From positions 2,624,001 to 2,688,000 of the forward strand of contig OZ244905.1 of assembly GCA_965221695.1 (NCBI GenBank): 64,000 nucleotides of DNA, in the 5' to 3' direction. This stretch comes from Gammaproteobacteria bacterium. Its GTDB lineage: Bacteria > Pseudomonadota > Gammaproteobacteria > Eutrophobiales > Eutrophobiaceae. Below are positions 42,048 through 53,935 of the stretch, piece after piece. Made by a program: the position numbers and the translations under genes. Under the pieces are notes generated by a model that worked only from the letters and a program-made list of their open reading frames with translations, made no database searches and was not told the DNA's origin. The stretch's first letter is position 1. Every line of letters starts with the position of its first letter.

Positions 42048-42368
42048 TCATGCAGGTTTCAGGGTGACGTAGATATACCCGTCGTCGCCCAATCGGGTTT
42101 CATATTTGTCAAGAGGGATAACACAGGGAGGGTCGACCGGGTCTCCAGTCCGGATGTCGAATGATCCTTCGTGAAAAGGGCAGATTATTTCGTCTCCCCT
42201 GATGTCGCCGTCGGACAGGTACGCCTGGCCGTGGGTACAGATGTCGCTGGTGGCAAAATATTCCCCTTCCAGGTTGTAGATGGCCACCGCTGTGTCATCT
42301 TCCAGGTAGAACTGCTTGACAGAGTTGGTCTCGAACTCGGTATGCTTTATGGTTTTTTCTTCCGCCAT
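42048..42368 (-). CDS. Rieske-type [2Fe-2S] ferredoxin (CarAc/BphF-like)
   Basis: ICTHG...ICPFHEGSFDIRTG. Start MAEE at 42368. Confidence 0.92.
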   Translation of the reverse strand: MAEEKTIKHTEFETNSVKQFYLEDDTAVAIYNLEGEYFATSDICTHGQAYLSDGDIRGDEIICPFHEGSFDIRTGDPVDPPCVIPLDKYETRLGDDGYIYVTLKPA

Positions 42369-42369
42369 A

Positions 42370-42984
42370 TTAATTCGACGGGTCATAGGTTTCAAAGCGC
42401 AGAGGCGTGGGCCGTTCGCCGTTCACCACTTCCGGCCAGGCGCAGACTGATACCATCCAGGTAAGGTCCATTTCCGCCCGCAGTTCAATATAGTCTCCTG
42501 CCCTGGTAACGGGTTGGTCGATGAGCCACTCTCCCTCGGGTGTATAGTTGACTGTCATGAAGATATTGAAGCAGGAAACGGATTGCAGGTAGTTCGGGTC
42601 GAACCCGAGCTTGCGGTATTCTTCTTGAATGGTGTCCCGGCAACCGTTGCCACCGGTATTGAGGTACAACCGGCGCGCGGCATTGGAACAAAAACCGCCG
42701 CCGGTATAGTGGTTGGCGGTCTTGTCGCTGGTTATTGTCCACATATCATTCATCAGGTTGCTGCGAATAGTGTCGCCTTCCCGCCAATGATAACGGCCAT
42801 GATGCCAGCTCGTGTATACACAATCCTGGAACTCTGCGGGGTCGCCGTATTTGACTGCGACGAAGTCCGCAACCTGTTGTCCCTCAATATCGATAATTCT
42901 CAGTGATTGTCCTTTCCTGATATGTCCGTGGCTGCCCGTGTGCGGCGGAATCGTTGCTGTTTCGATCAGTTTGGCTTTACTCAT
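42370..42984 (-). CDS. DUF1989 / urea carboxylase-associated family protein
   Basis: GQSLRIIDIEGQQVADF, G.CS...GCRD, FNIFM, AGDYIELRAEMDL..VSVC. Confidence 0.85.
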   Translation of the reverse strand: MSKAKLIETATIPPHTGSHGHIRKGQSLRIIDIEGQQVADFVAVKYGDPAEFQDCVYTSWHHGRYHWREGDTIRSNLMNDMWTITSDKTANHYTGGGFCSNAARRLYLNTGGNGCRDTIQEEYRKLGFDPNYLQSVSCFNIFMTVNYTPEGEWLIDQPVTRAGDYIELRAEMDLTWMVSVCAWPEVVNGERPTPLRFETYDPSN

Positions 42985-43808
42985 TGCTCCTCCAGGTGAA
43001 ATTCCACCACCGCGCCGCCGCTGCCGTAAAGAGGGCCGTAAGCGTGCACTGTGGCGTTACTGAAGCGGCCGCCCATGGCGCCCAGGATAAAGGCGAAGTG
43101 TTTGAATCCCATGTCCACCCGCGCCGCGCCGGCGTAATCGGGACAGGCCTTTGCCAGCGCTTCCGTATCGCCCTGTTCCATCATGGATAGTATCTTCTTG
43201 TTCCATTCATCTTCTGCGGCATCGGCGATTTTGTCTTCGCTGATATCGATGATATGGCGATAGATGGAGCCTGACAGGCCGCCGACGCCGATGACAGCCA
43301 GTTTTCGGCCCAGTTCCGCGGCAGTTTCGGCCGCGACCCGCCCAAGGGATTCGGTCATCTGCCAGTCGTGGTAGACGTTATTGGAAGTGATAGCCAGAGG
43401 TATGACTCCGCCCGGGTTCATGAAATTCGAGGCAACGATGGAGCCGGTGTCCACGGGGAAGTGATCATAGTCAACGCCCTTGGCCTTGATCCCGGCCGCT
43501 GCTGTCTTCTTCAGCGCCAGCTCGGCAAATTCGATATCGATCTTCATGTCGAATGGCAGGTCGCCGTATTCATGCCAGTTCTCGTCTACATGCAGGCCGC
43601 GCAGGACAGGCCGGGTTTGCCATAGCTGGTCGAGCACCGCGATCCACTGGGTGGAATAGATGGCGATCAGGTCCGGCGACGAGGCTACAAGGGCCTTGCC
43701 GGCGGTTTCCATGGCCGTGGCGATATCGCCCCAGGGCGGATTGTCCCGTTGCATGTGAGGAAGCGGGGAACCAGGCACGAGAAATGCGGAGACGACGCTC
43801 ATTGGCAT
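42981..43808 (-). CDS. amnA: 2-aminophenol 1,6-dioxygenase alpha subunit
   Basis: VVSAFLVPGSPLP, YSTQWIAVLDQLW, HVDENW, ARVDMGFKH, GPLYGSG; LigB fold, adjacent to amnB. Confidence 0.92.
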   Translation of the reverse strand: MPMSVVSAFLVPGSPLPHMQRDNPPWGDIATAMETAGKALVASSPDLIAIYSTQWIAVLDQLWQTRPVLRGLHVDENWHEYGDLPFDMKIDIEFAELALKKTAAAGIKAKGVDYDHFPVDTGSIVASNFMNPGGVIPLAITSNNVYHDWQMTESLGRVAAETAAELGRKLAVIGVGGLSGSIYRHIIDISEDKIADAAEDEWNKKILSMMEQGDTEALAKACPDYAGAARVDMGFKHFAFILGAMGGRFSNATVHAYGPLYGSGGAVVEFHLEEQ

Positions 43809-43809
43809 C

Positions 43810-44736
<927 letters not shown>

Positions 44737-44739
44737 TCA

Positions 44740-45162
44740 TTATTCAGGTTTATAGGCAATGGCCTTTATTTCTATCAATAACTGCGGGTGTGGCAACTGA
44801 TGCACGGCGACCGTGGTACGGGCCGGGCCGTGATAGTCGAACACCTCTGCATAGACTTCATTATAGCCCGCAAAATCATTCATGTTGACAAGAAAAGCCG
44901 TAATTTCAGTGAGGTCTGCCAGTGTTGCGTCAAAGCTGGCCAGGATATCGGCGATGTTATCCAATACCGCCCGGGTTTGCGCCCGGATGTCCAGGTCGTA
45001 TGTGCCCATGTCATCCACAACCCGCGCGCCGATGACGGTGTTGTCGGCCTGTCTTGCGCTGGCGCCGGAGATGAAGATGTAATCTCCGGCGCGCCGGGCA
45101 TGGGGATACTTGCCGCGAGGAGTGGCTTTGCTCTCCAATACTTTTGCTTTGCAGCCGGTCAT
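44740..45162 (-). CDS. amnD: 2-aminomuconate deaminase (RidA family)
   Basis: [38 protein letters not shown]; immediately upstream of amnB. Confidence 0.88.
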   Translation of the reverse strand: MTGCKAKVLESKATPRGKYPHARRAGDYIFISGASARQADNTVIGARVVDDMGTYDLDIRAQTRAVLDNIADILASFDATLADLTEITAFLVNMNDFAGYNEVYAEVFDYHGPARTTVAVHQLPHPQLLIEIKAIAYKPE

Positions 45163-45208
45163 AGTCCGTCTCTGAGTCAAATGGTTGTCAATTCACGCAC
45201 CGGGCGCG

Positions 45209-46474
45209 TCAGTCTCGTCTGAAGTAGCCGCGGGTATGGTCTTTGGTCTGAATGCCGCGCGCATGTTTGCTGGCAAACCGGCGCCACATGGTCAGTTCGA
45301 CATCCGGTTGGAACAGTCGTTCCCGCTGCCAGCCGTCTTCCTCGGCGTAGTACTTATGTAACTGCTCCCTGGCAAAGGCGTCATCCACGGTAAAGCCTTC
45401 CACTGCCGGCACCTCCCACATGATTCTGCCATCCTCACCCAACCAGCGTTCCGCTTCCTCTTCATCGTCGGTATGGATTACGCCGAACTGAAAATAGGTG
45501 TGTGCGTCCTTGTTTTTTGGCGTGTAGAACTCGTAGTGAGTGCACTGGGGCGCGGGGAACGTGGTGACCTTAAGCGAACAAGGCATCCAGAGTCCGACGG
45601 TGCCGAGGCGAATGATATCGGTTAATTGCGCCAGCTCCTCCGGTGACTTGCCTCTTGCGAGAGGCAAAACCAGGTCCTTGCGCCCGCCGTCCCGCAGCGG
45701 TATGGATGCTTCGTGCTTGAATTCCGTTTTCTCCACCTTGCGGGTGAAGCCTTTCGGGCCGTCTTCCCGCTCAACGTAGCGGGTTGTGTCCAGCACCGCT
45801 TCCTTAGTGGAAGTATAACCGTAGGAGGTGTGCATGCCGGCATTGATGCACATCTCGGACCAGTTGTGAATGAACTGGTGGCCGGGGTCGTAACCATTCT
45901 CACAACCCAGCCGCCAGTTGGCATTGATGTCGTAGGGTTCGCCGCAATAGACTACGGCATTATCATCCAGCAGTCCGGGGGCAACATCATAATGCAAGGG
46001 TGGCGGCTCAATATCGCCCACGAAGACGAACACGATGCCTTTGCGTTCCTCAACCGGATACACCTTGGCGCGGCATTTGCCGATCATCTTCGAGTCGGGT
46101 GAACTGAGTATGGTGCGCAGGCTGCCGTCCTCCAGGTCAAAGGTCCAGGTATGATACCAGCAGGTCAATGTCTCCTTCGTATAAAACAGAGGGCGCGCCG
46201 AGAAGCGGATGCCGCGATGAGGGCATCGGTCTTCCAGGGCATAGAGCTTTCCATTCTGGCGAGTGAGCAGGATTTCTTCTCCCAGCAATTCAATCCCTTT
46301 TGCATCGCCCTCACCTAAGTGGCGCGACAACGCCGCCGGATACCAGTAATTGCGAAATCCCCACTCCGCGTCAAGCCATACCTGCCAGGGCTTGCGCGCC
46401 CGCGCCGCTTTCGTCCGGGCTTGTTCCACCTGGTCCTGGGTCTCTTCCAGCAGGGTGCGGGTTATCTCGCTCAT
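45209..46474 (-). CDS. Rieske oxygenase alpha subunit, carbazole 1,9a-dioxygenase (CarAa) / 2-oxoquinoline 8-monooxygenase (OxoO) family
   Basis: GFRNYWYP, DRCPHRG...TCWYH, NWRLGCENGYDPGHQFIH, GFTVDDAFARE. Confidence 0.9.
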   Translation of the reverse strand: MSEITRTLLEETQDQVEQARTKAARARKPWQVWLDAEWGFRNYWYPAALSRHLGEGDAKGIELLGEEILLTRQNGKLYALEDRCPHRGIRFSARPLFYTKETLTCWYHTWTFDLEDGSLRTILSSPDSKMIGKCRAKVYPVEERKGIVFVFVGDIEPPPLHYDVAPGLLDDNAVVYCGEPYDINANWRLGCENGYDPGHQFIHNWSEMCINAGMHTSYGYTSTKEAVLDTTRYVEREDGPKGFTRKVEKTEFKHEASIPLRDGGRKDLVLPLARGKSPEELAQLTDIIRLGTVGLWMPCSLKVTTFPAPQCTHYEFYTPKNKDAHTYFQFGVIHTDDEEEAERWLGEDGRIMWEVPAVEGFTVDDAFAREQLHKYYAEEDGWQRERLFQPDVELTMWRRFASKHARGIQTKDHTRGYFRRD

Positions 46475-46528
46475 GTCAGTTTTACAATGATCAGGAATAT
46501 CTCTGATGTAATCCGCGCCGCCAAAAGA

Positions 46529-47395
46529 TCACTTCAGCAGGTACTCGATATGCGCCTTGTTGAACGCTTCCGGTTCTTCCCATTGTGGCCAATGGGCGGA
46601 GTTTTCCAGCACCACCAGTTCACTGTCGGGAATCAGCGCGGCGCCCTGTTCCGCCAGTGGCACAAGCTGTCCCGGGTTGTAACGAGTCCATAATACCAGA
46701 GTGGGGCAGGTCAACTGTTGCAGCAACGCCGGGCTGTACCATTTTTCCTGCTCGACCGGGTCCAGCAACGCGCCGATACTTTGTTCCGCTATCTTTCTTA
46801 TCACCGCGGCGCGGCCTGGTTGCCGGTAGATCCGGTAGCGAACTTCGACGATCTCATCGGTCACGTCCTCGTCGCGGCGCATCAACCAGCGCATGCGCTG
46901 GCGCACTGCTTCCCGGTCCGGCGTGCCGGTGGCTTTGCGGCTGCGCTCCAGCAGATCTCTTAATTCTTCGGCGCCTGCCTCGTCCGGCGGCAGCATCATA
47001 CCGGTATTCATGACGATCTTGTTCACTCGATCCGGATGTTGCAGGGCAAACCAGGAAGCGACCGTTGCGCCCAGCGATTCACCGGATATATGCGCCTTGT
47101 CTGCGCCGATGGCATCAAGGAAATCTTTCATGAAATCCACGTAGCATTGCATATCATAGCTGAGCGCCGGGGCGTCGGTGTAACCGTGACCCACCATGTC
47201 GATGGCATAGACATGAAAGTGTTTTGCATGCGCCTCGATGTTCTTCAGATAGGCCTCCGCGTGGCCGCCGGTGCCGTGCAGCAGTGCCAGGACCGGACCC
47301 TCGCCGGCTTCAATAACGCGTGTCCTGACGTTGCCGGCATTATAATAGCTTTGCTTGAATGCTACTCCCTGCAAGTGATTCCAGATACTTGTCAT
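46529..47395 (-). CDS. Alpha/beta hydrolase, probable meta-cleavage-product hydrolase
   Basis: LHGTGGH, GESLG, AHWPQWEEP. Confidence 0.85.
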   Translation of the reverse strand: MTSIWNHLQGVAFKQSYYNAGNVRTRVIEAGEGPVLALLHGTGGHAEAYLKNIEAHAKHFHVYAIDMVGHGYTDAPALSYDMQCYVDFMKDFLDAIGADKAHISGESLGATVASWFALQHPDRVNKIVMNTGMMLPPDEAGAEELRDLLERSRKATGTPDREAVRQRMRWLMRRDEDVTDEIVEVRYRIYRQPGRAAVIRKIAEQSIGALLDPVEQEKWYSPALLQQLTCPTLVLWTRYNPGQLVPLAEQGAALIPDSELVVLENSAHWPQWEEPEAFNKAHIEYLLK

Positions 47396-47412
47396 AGTTT
47401 TCTCCTGTGTTG

Positions 47413-47442
47413 GAGGAACTTCTGTCTGACCAGAGCTTCCTC
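47413..47442. repeat. Degenerate collapsed copy of the IS5-like element
   Basis: GAGGAACTTCTG-TCTGAC-CAGAGCTTCCTC. Confidence 0.55.
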
Positions 47443-47473
47443 TATCAGTCTGAAACGCAACACGCGTAGCCTG

Positions 47474-48466
<993 letters not shown>

Positions 48467-48540
48467 TCAGCGGATTCCCGTAATTGCGGGAGTGGCATGA
48501 TTTGATCAGCGTTAATCTGCATCATCTGCGGATGATTCTG

Positions 48541-49452
48541 TTACCGTTTATGCAGTTCACCGCCAGACGTCAGTTCAGGGGGCGGCACATGTTCATGGCC
48601 CCAGATCTTCGGGGAGTTGTAAAATTTCGGTTCCCAGTCGGCATCATCGATCAGGCGCGCGCCGTGGCCGTACTCGATCCACCAGCCGGAAGGAGAATAA
48701 ATATAAAACGACATCATATGGTCATTGCTATGCCTGCCCAGGGTCAAGGCCAGCGGCACATTGTGTTCGTGCACGATGTCATAGGCGCGCCCGACGTCAT
48801 TCAAGGACAGGCTCTCGAACATGAAATGGCCCAACTCGCCGGGTTTCATGCCGCCAACCGGGTTCATGAAAGCCAGGCTGTGGTGGCGGGGATTGCAATG
48901 CAGGAAGGTTGCCTGAATATCATCCCAGAAGATATGGTCGCTCAGTCGGAAACCCAGGTGGTCTTCGTACCACTTTACCGAGGCCATGCGGTCGGCCGTC
49001 GCCAGCACCAGGTGCCCCATGCCCAGGTCGCCGGTATTGTAGCCCTCCATGCCGCGCTTGGGCGCAAACGGTTTGAAGTCCTGAACCGGCCCGAAAAAGA
49101 TCTCCAGGGGAATCCCATCAGGGCCTTCCACCACGAACAAGTCCATCACCGCGCGCCGCTCGCGCAACTCGGGGCTACCCGGTTCCACCGCAATGCCTTT
49201 GTCGTCCAATTCGCCAGCCAGCCGGTCCAAGTCACCCTGGAACTCCACCTCCCAGCCGATGTATTTCAATTTGTTGTGGTTCGATTTATGCAAAGCCAGC
49301 CTGTGGTGATTATCATCCATGCGGTATTGCCGGGTTGTTTGCCCGCTGTCAGCGCGCCGTTCCAGTCCGTAAACGGTATCCAACAGCTTGTCCCAGGCGT
49401 TAAAGTCCGTCACCTCACAACCGATATAACCAAGACCCTTGATTTTTGACAT
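48541..49452 (-). CDS. Type I extradiol ring-cleavage dioxygenase (BphC/HsaC-like)
   Basis: GMGHLVL, FLHCNPRHHSLA, LGRHSND.MMSFY..SPSG..IEYG. Start MSKI at 49452. Confidence 0.93.
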   Translation of the reverse strand: MSKIKGLGYIGCEVTDFNAWDKLLDTVYGLERRADSGQTTRQYRMDDNHHRLALHKSNHNKLKYIGWEVEFQGDLDRLAGELDDKGIAVEPGSPELRERRAVMDLFVVEGPDGIPLEIFFGPVQDFKPFAPKRGMEGYNTGDLGMGHLVLATADRMASVKWYEDHLGFRLSDHIFWDDIQATFLHCNPRHHSLAFMNPVGGMKPGELGHFMFESLSLNDVGRAYDIVHEHNVPLALTLGRHSNDHMMSFYIYSPSGWWIEYGHGARLIDDADWEPKFYNSPKIWGHEHVPPPELTSGGELHKR

Positions 49453-49485
49453 GCCGCATCTCCTCCTTTCAGTCAATTCTTGTGG

Positions 49486-49573
49486 TTAAGGAACCCCATA
49501 ATCAGAAGCTCCCACGTTACAGGGATGCGCGCTCTCTGACAAGTCCGGAATGAACTTGTTCAGCGCCTTCCCA
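49486..49573. mobile_element. Internally deleted copy of the IS5-like miniature element
   Basis: TTAAGGAACC...ACGTTACAGGGATG...CTCTGACAAGTCCGGAATGAACTTGTTCAGCGCCTTCCC aligns to both halves of 26378-26533. Confidence 0.7.
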
Positions 49574-49578
49574 ATGTA

Positions 49579-50190
49579 TCAACTATCGGAAAAATGCCGG
49601 TGGATACTCTCAACGGCCGCATTGATGGATCGAGCCCGTTCCTGTTCTCCCCAGGCAAGACCTTCCGCATCGAAATAAACAACATCGCTGATACCGATAA
49701 AAGCAAAAATCACGTTCAGGTAAGGGCGTAGATGATCCATGTCTGTGTCCTTGGACTTGCCGCTGCTTGCCGTGCATATATATACTTTCTTGCCTCCGCA
49801 CAGACCTTCCAGGTTGCCGTTCGCAACCCGGCGAAAGGTCTTGCCTGGCCTGACCACGAAATCTATCCAGGCTTTCAGGCTGGCCGGCACATTGAAATTG
49901 TACATGGGGGCGCCCAACACCAAGGTATCTGCTGACAATAACTCTTCCGTCAGCGTATCCGAAGCAGCCAGCGCAGTGATTTGCGCCGCCGTCCGCTCCG
50001 GCGGCGGCGTAAAAAACGCTTCTGCCTCCGTGTTGTTTACCGGCAGCGGGGCGCTGGCGCCCAAATCGCGGCGAATCAGCCGCAGCGACGGTTCAGCTCT
50101 GATGAGTTGGTCAACCACACCCTGCGACAGCTTGCGGCTGATCGAATCGCCGGCGCGAGCGCTGCAATCGATATGCAATACCGTGCTCAT
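49579..50190 (-). CDS. azoR: FMN-dependent NADH:azoreductase / quinone reductase
   Basis: SARAGDSISR, APMYNFNVPASLKAWID, FIGISDV..AEG. Confidence 0.88.
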   Translation of the reverse strand: MSTVLHIDCSARAGDSISRKLSQGVVDQLIRAEPSLRLIRRDLGASAPLPVNNTEAEAFFTPPPERTAAQITALAASDTLTEELLSADTLVLGAPMYNFNVPASLKAWIDFVVRPGKTFRRVANGNLEGLCGGKKVYICTASSGKSKDTDMDHLRPYLNVIFAFIGISDVVYFDAEGLAWGEQERARSINAAVESIHRHFSDS

Positions 50191-50211
50191 GGCCTGCAAG
50201 CTATCCTGCTG

Positions 50212-51501
50212 TTATCTCCGGAAATGTCCCCTGGTATGTTTTTCCTCCTGGATGCCGCGGCAATGCTCGCCGGCAAATACCCGCCACATCAGCAGTTCAA
50301 TGTCAAAGCGCGCGGTTTGTTCCTGGTTCCAGCCGTCTTCACTGGCGTAGAACTCATGGATATATTCCCGGGCCTCCGCATCCTGCACGGTAAAGTCATC
50401 GACCACGGGAACTTTCCAGCGCACCTGCCCCAGGTCGCCTTCGGCCCATTCGCTTGCCTGTTCCTGATTTTCCACCCGTCTCCAGCCGCATTGGAAATAG
50501 TAGTGGGAATTGGCATCGCGAGGAACGTAATATTCGTTGTGTACCACACCCGGGAACGGCCACGGATTCACCTTCAGCCCGCAGGGCAGCCATTCGCCGA
50601 CTTCAGTGGTGAACGCGTGCTGGCCCAGGAGCTCTATTTCTTTGGGTGATTGACCTTTGGCGATGGGCAGGATGACATCCGTATCACCAGCGCCGTTGCG
50701 CCCGGGAATTTTTGCGGTCATGGACATATTGGTTTCTGCCGCTAACCGGGTAAATCCCTTGGGCCCGCTCTCCATCAACTCATAAATACTGGTCTCCAGC
50801 ACAGCTTCCTTTTTCGAGACCCAGCCGAAGGTCATGGGTATGCGTGAATTAATGGAAAATTTCGACCAGTTATGAATGTAATGATGGCCCGGGTCATAGC
50901 CGCCTTCGGAACCCAAGCGCCAGTTCGCGTTCACCAAGTAGGGGTCAGCCACGCATATCGCCACATCTTCATCAAAAAAACCGGGGGGCACGTCATGCTC
51001 CAAGGGTGGCGGCGGATTCATATCGCCGACGAAGGTAAAGATCACACCTTTTTCCTCCCGCACCGGGTAACTCTTAATTCCCTTGCGCCCTGCCAGAGAA
51101 GAGTCCGGGTCATTCAACAGGCAGCGGATACGGCCGTCGTCAAGGTTGAAGGTAAAAGCATGATGCCAGCAGGTAATGGTATCGTCCGTGTAACAGACAG
51201 GGCGTTTGGAGAAACGCGTGCCGCGGTGGCTGCAGCGATCCTCTATCGCATACAGACGCCCACCACGGCGCAGGTACAGAATATCCTCTCCCAACAGCTT
51301 GATGGCCTTGTGTTCACCGTTCCTGATATTGCGACTGGCTTCCGTCGGATACCAGTGATTGCGAAAACCCAGTTCCGCCTTGAGCCAATTCTTCCAGGGT
51401 TTTTCTGCTGTGGCAGGGTCGGCCCCCTCAAAATCAAAATCCGGAACATACGCCGCAGTGCGCTTCATCAGGTCCAGCGCGATCTCGTTGAACTTGCTCA
51501 T
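50212..51501 (-). CDS. Second CarAa/OxoO-family Rieske oxygenase alpha subunit
   Basis: LGFRNHWYP, DRCSHRG...TCWHH, NWRLGSEGGYDPGHHYIH, FTVQDAEARE. Confidence 0.9.
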   Translation of the reverse strand: MSKFNEIALDLMKRTAAYVPDFDFEGADPATAEKPWKNWLKAELGFRNHWYPTEASRNIRNGEHKAIKLLGEDILYLRRGGRLYAIEDRCSHRGTRFSKRPVCYTDDTITCWHHAFTFNLDDGRIRCLLNDPDSSLAGRKGIKSYPVREEKGVIFTFVGDMNPPPPLEHDVPPGFFDEDVAICVADPYLVNANWRLGSEGGYDPGHHYIHNWSKFSINSRIPMTFGWVSKKEAVLETSIYELMESGPKGFTRLAAETNMSMTAKIPGRNGAGDTDVILPIAKGQSPKEIELLGQHAFTTEVGEWLPCGLKVNPWPFPGVVHNEYYVPRDANSHYYFQCGWRRVENQEQASEWAEGDLGQVRWKVPVVDDFTVQDAEAREYIHEFYASEDGWNQEQTARFDIELLMWRVFAGEHCRGIQEEKHTRGHFRR

Positions 51502-51584
51502 GCCTTAACCCCATCATTTTGTATGAAAGCGAAGTATAACACCTGTGGATAATGAAAGAACCTGACATAACGGGCCGTCTTTCA

Positions 51585-51625
51585 GGCGACATAGTATTCG
51601 ACTGGACTCCCACTTCCGTGGGAGT
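51585..51625. repeat. REP-like repeat, second copy
   Basis: GGCGACATAGTATTCGACTGGACTCCC-ACTTCCGT-GGGAGT resembles 4884-4925. Confidence 0.6.
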
Positions 51626-51681
51626 AGTGCGGAGGCGGTGTTCAAGCAAGCGCTGTCAGGCAATTTTAGATTGAATAACTA

Positions 51682-52122
51682 CTATTTTCCGGCAAGCTCC
51701 GCGGTGAGCCGGGTGAAGAAATCGTTGGCCAGCTTCCTGGTGGTGGAAGCCACCAGTCTGGAGCCTACCTGGGCCAGTTTGCCACCCACGGAAAATTCCG
51801 CCTGGTAGCGAAGCCTGGTGAATTCGACTTCCTGGCTCAACTGAACTTCCGCCCTGCCTTTGCCGAAACCGGCGCCGCTTTTTCCTTCCCCACTCAGTGT
51901 ATAGGAATAGGGCGCATTGATACCGGTTACTGTCAACACGGTTCTGAAACGGGTTTTCACCGGGCCGTACTGTGCGACGATCAGGCATTCAAAGCTGTTT
52001 TCTCCGGTCTCTTCGATACTCTCACAGCCGGCGATACAGAGCTTCAGCATAGCCGGATCATTCAGAGCTTGCCAGGCTTTGTCAATGGCACAGGGCAGCA
52101 GGTGTTCGCCTTCTATAATCAT
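51682..52122 (-). CDS. coxG: CoxG-like SRPBCC accessory protein of molybdenum hydroxylases
   Basis: W.ALNDP..L..CI.GC, GGKLAQVGSRLV, FF. Confidence 0.88.
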   Translation of the reverse strand: MIIEGEHLLPCAIDKAWQALNDPAMLKLCIAGCESIEETGENSFECLIVAQYGPVKTRFRTVLTVTGINAPYSYTLSGEGKSGAGFGKGRAEVQLSQEVEFTRLRYQAEFSVGGKLAQVGSRLVASTTRKLANDFFTRLTAELAGK

Positions 52123-52207
52123 GTGTCTATCATCATCTGGCGTTTAAACGGCGCCGTAACCAGGTGAAAAATATGTCATTGCCTTGGACTGATCAAATAT
52201 ATTCTGC

Positions 52208-52235
52208 TTGCTTTTTTTTTTATTATCACTATATT
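52208..52235 (+). promoter_or_regulatory. Candidate sigma70 promoter for the leu leader and leuA
   Basis: TTGCTT-N16-TATATT, ending 6 nt before the leader ATG. Confidence 0.45.
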
Positions 52236-52241
52236 TCGCGT

Positions 52242-52325
52242 ATGGATCTGAATAATTCCCTCTATTCTGCTTCGGCCAGCTTGCTGGCAGTTGCCTCCCT
52301 GCGCCTGCTCCTCCTGCCCTGCTAA
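52242..52325 (+). CDS. Leucine-rich leader peptide of leuA (MDLNNSLYSASASLLAVASLRLLLLPC)
   Basis: 27-aa ORF with a run of four Leu codons, ending 77 nt before leuA; hairpin CTGCCCT-GCTA-AGGGCAG over the stop. Confidence 0.8.
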   Translation: MDLNNSLYSASASLLAVASLRLLLLPC

Positions 52326-52402
52326 GGGCAGATACTCACGACATTCAAGAACTTTTTTCTCATTTTTACAGGCAAAATGTATCCTGATTCAGGAGCAGGA
52401 CT

Positions 52403-53935
52403 ATGACAGACAAATTGATTATCTTCGATACTACATTGCGGGACGGCGAGCAAAGTCCCGGCGCGTCTATGACCCGTGGCGAGAAGATGCGCATCGCCAA
52501 GGCGTTGGAGAAACTGCGGGTGGACGTGATTGAGGCAGGCTTTCCGATTGCCAGCGGCGGAGATTTCGAGGCCGTCAGATCGGTGGCGGAAATCATCAAA
52601 GACAGCGCGGTCTGCGCCCTGGCCCGCACCGGTTACCAGGACATCGACGCGGCAGCCGAGGCGCTGAAACCGGCGCGTGCGGGACGTATCCACACGTTTA
52701 TCGCGACTTCGCCCATCCACATGGAACAGAAGCTCAGGATGGAACCGAAAGAGGTGATTGATGCCGCGGTCAAGGCCGTGAAAAGGGCAAAAAAATATAC
52801 CGATGACATCGAATTTTCTCCGGAAGACGCGGGCCGATCGGAACTGGATTTTTTGTGCCGGATCATCGAAGCGGTCATCGCCGCGGGCGCCACCACCGTC
52901 AACATCCCCGACACGGTGGGTTACAGCATCCCCACGCAGTTCGGGGAGACCATCGGTAATCTTATCGAACGGGTGCCCAACTCCGACAAGGCGGTCTTTT
53001 CGGTGCATTGCCACAACGACCTGGGGCTGGCCGTGGCCAATTCCCTGGCTGCGGTCATGCGCGGCGCCCGGCAGGTGGAATGCACCATCAATGGGCTTGG
53101 CGAGCGCGCCGGCAATGCCTCGTTGGAAGAAATTGTCATGGCTGTGAAGACGCGCGCCGATTACTTCCCTTGCGCTACCGGGCTGGATACGACCGAGATC
53201 GTGAACTGCTCGAAACTTGTGTCGAACGTGACGGGTTTTCCGGTGCAGCCAAACAAGGCTGTGGTGGGCGCCAACGCTTTTGCCCACGAAGCCGGTATCC
53301 ACCAGGACGGGGTGCTCAAGAGTCGCGAAACCTACGAGATTATGCGCGCCCAGGATGTTGGCTGGACAGCAAACCGACTGGTGCTGGGCAAGCATTCCGG
53401 TCGCAATGCCTTTCGCACCAGATTGAGAGATCTGGGGTTTGAATTTTCCAGTGAGAAAGAGTTGAATAGCGCTTTTGTCAAGTTTAAAGAGTTAGCGGAC
53501 AAAAAACATGAGATCTACGACGAAGATCTGCAGGCTCTTGTCACGGACAATATGCAAAACGGAGAGGAAGTAATCAAACTGGTTTCGCTGAAAGTGGTAA
53601 CGGAAACCGGCGAAACGCCTCGGGCTGAGCTGACGCTCTCCATAGACGGAAAGGAAACGCCAGGCAGTTCCGAGGGAGACGGTCCCGTAGACGCGGTGTT
53701 CAAGGCCATTGAAACCCTCGTTACCAGCGGTTGTGAATTACAGTTGTTCTCTGTCAACAATATTACCGGCGGGACGGATTCGCAGGGGGAAGTGACGGTG
53801 CGGGTGAACAAGGACGGGCATGTGATAAACGGTAGGGGTTCGGATACCGATATAGTAGCGGCGTCGGCAAAAGCCTATATCAATGCGATAAACCGCGCTT
53901 GTTCGATAAGCAGTAAGATACATCCACAAGTATGA
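52403..53935 (+). CDS. leuA: 2-isopropylmalate synthase
   Basis: [35 protein letters not shown]-terminal regulatory domain GPVDA. Confidence 0.97.
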   Translation: MTDKLIIFDTTLRDGEQSPGASMTRGEKMRIAKALEKLRVDVIEAGFPIASGGDFEAVRSVAEIIKDSAVCALARTGYQDIDAAAEALKPARAGRIHTFIATSPIHMEQKLRMEPKEVIDAAVKAVKRAKKYTDDIEFSPEDAGRSELDFLCRIIEAVIAAGATTVNIPDTVGYSIPTQFGETIGNLIERVPNSDKAVFSVHCHNDLGLAVANSLAAVMRGARQVECTINGLGERAGNASLEEIVMAVKTRADYFPCATGLDTTEIVNCSKLVSNVTGFPVQPNKAVVGANAFAHEAGIHQDGVLKSRETYEIMRAQDVGWTANRLVLGKHSGRNAFRTRLRDLGFEFSSEKELNSAFVKFKELADKKHEIYDEDLQALVTDNMQNGEEVIKLVSLKVVTETGETPRAELTLSIDGKETPGSSEGDGPVDAVFKAIETLVTSGCELQLFSVNNITGGTDSQGEVTVRVNKDGHVINGRGSDTDIVAASAKAYINAINRACSISSKIHPQV

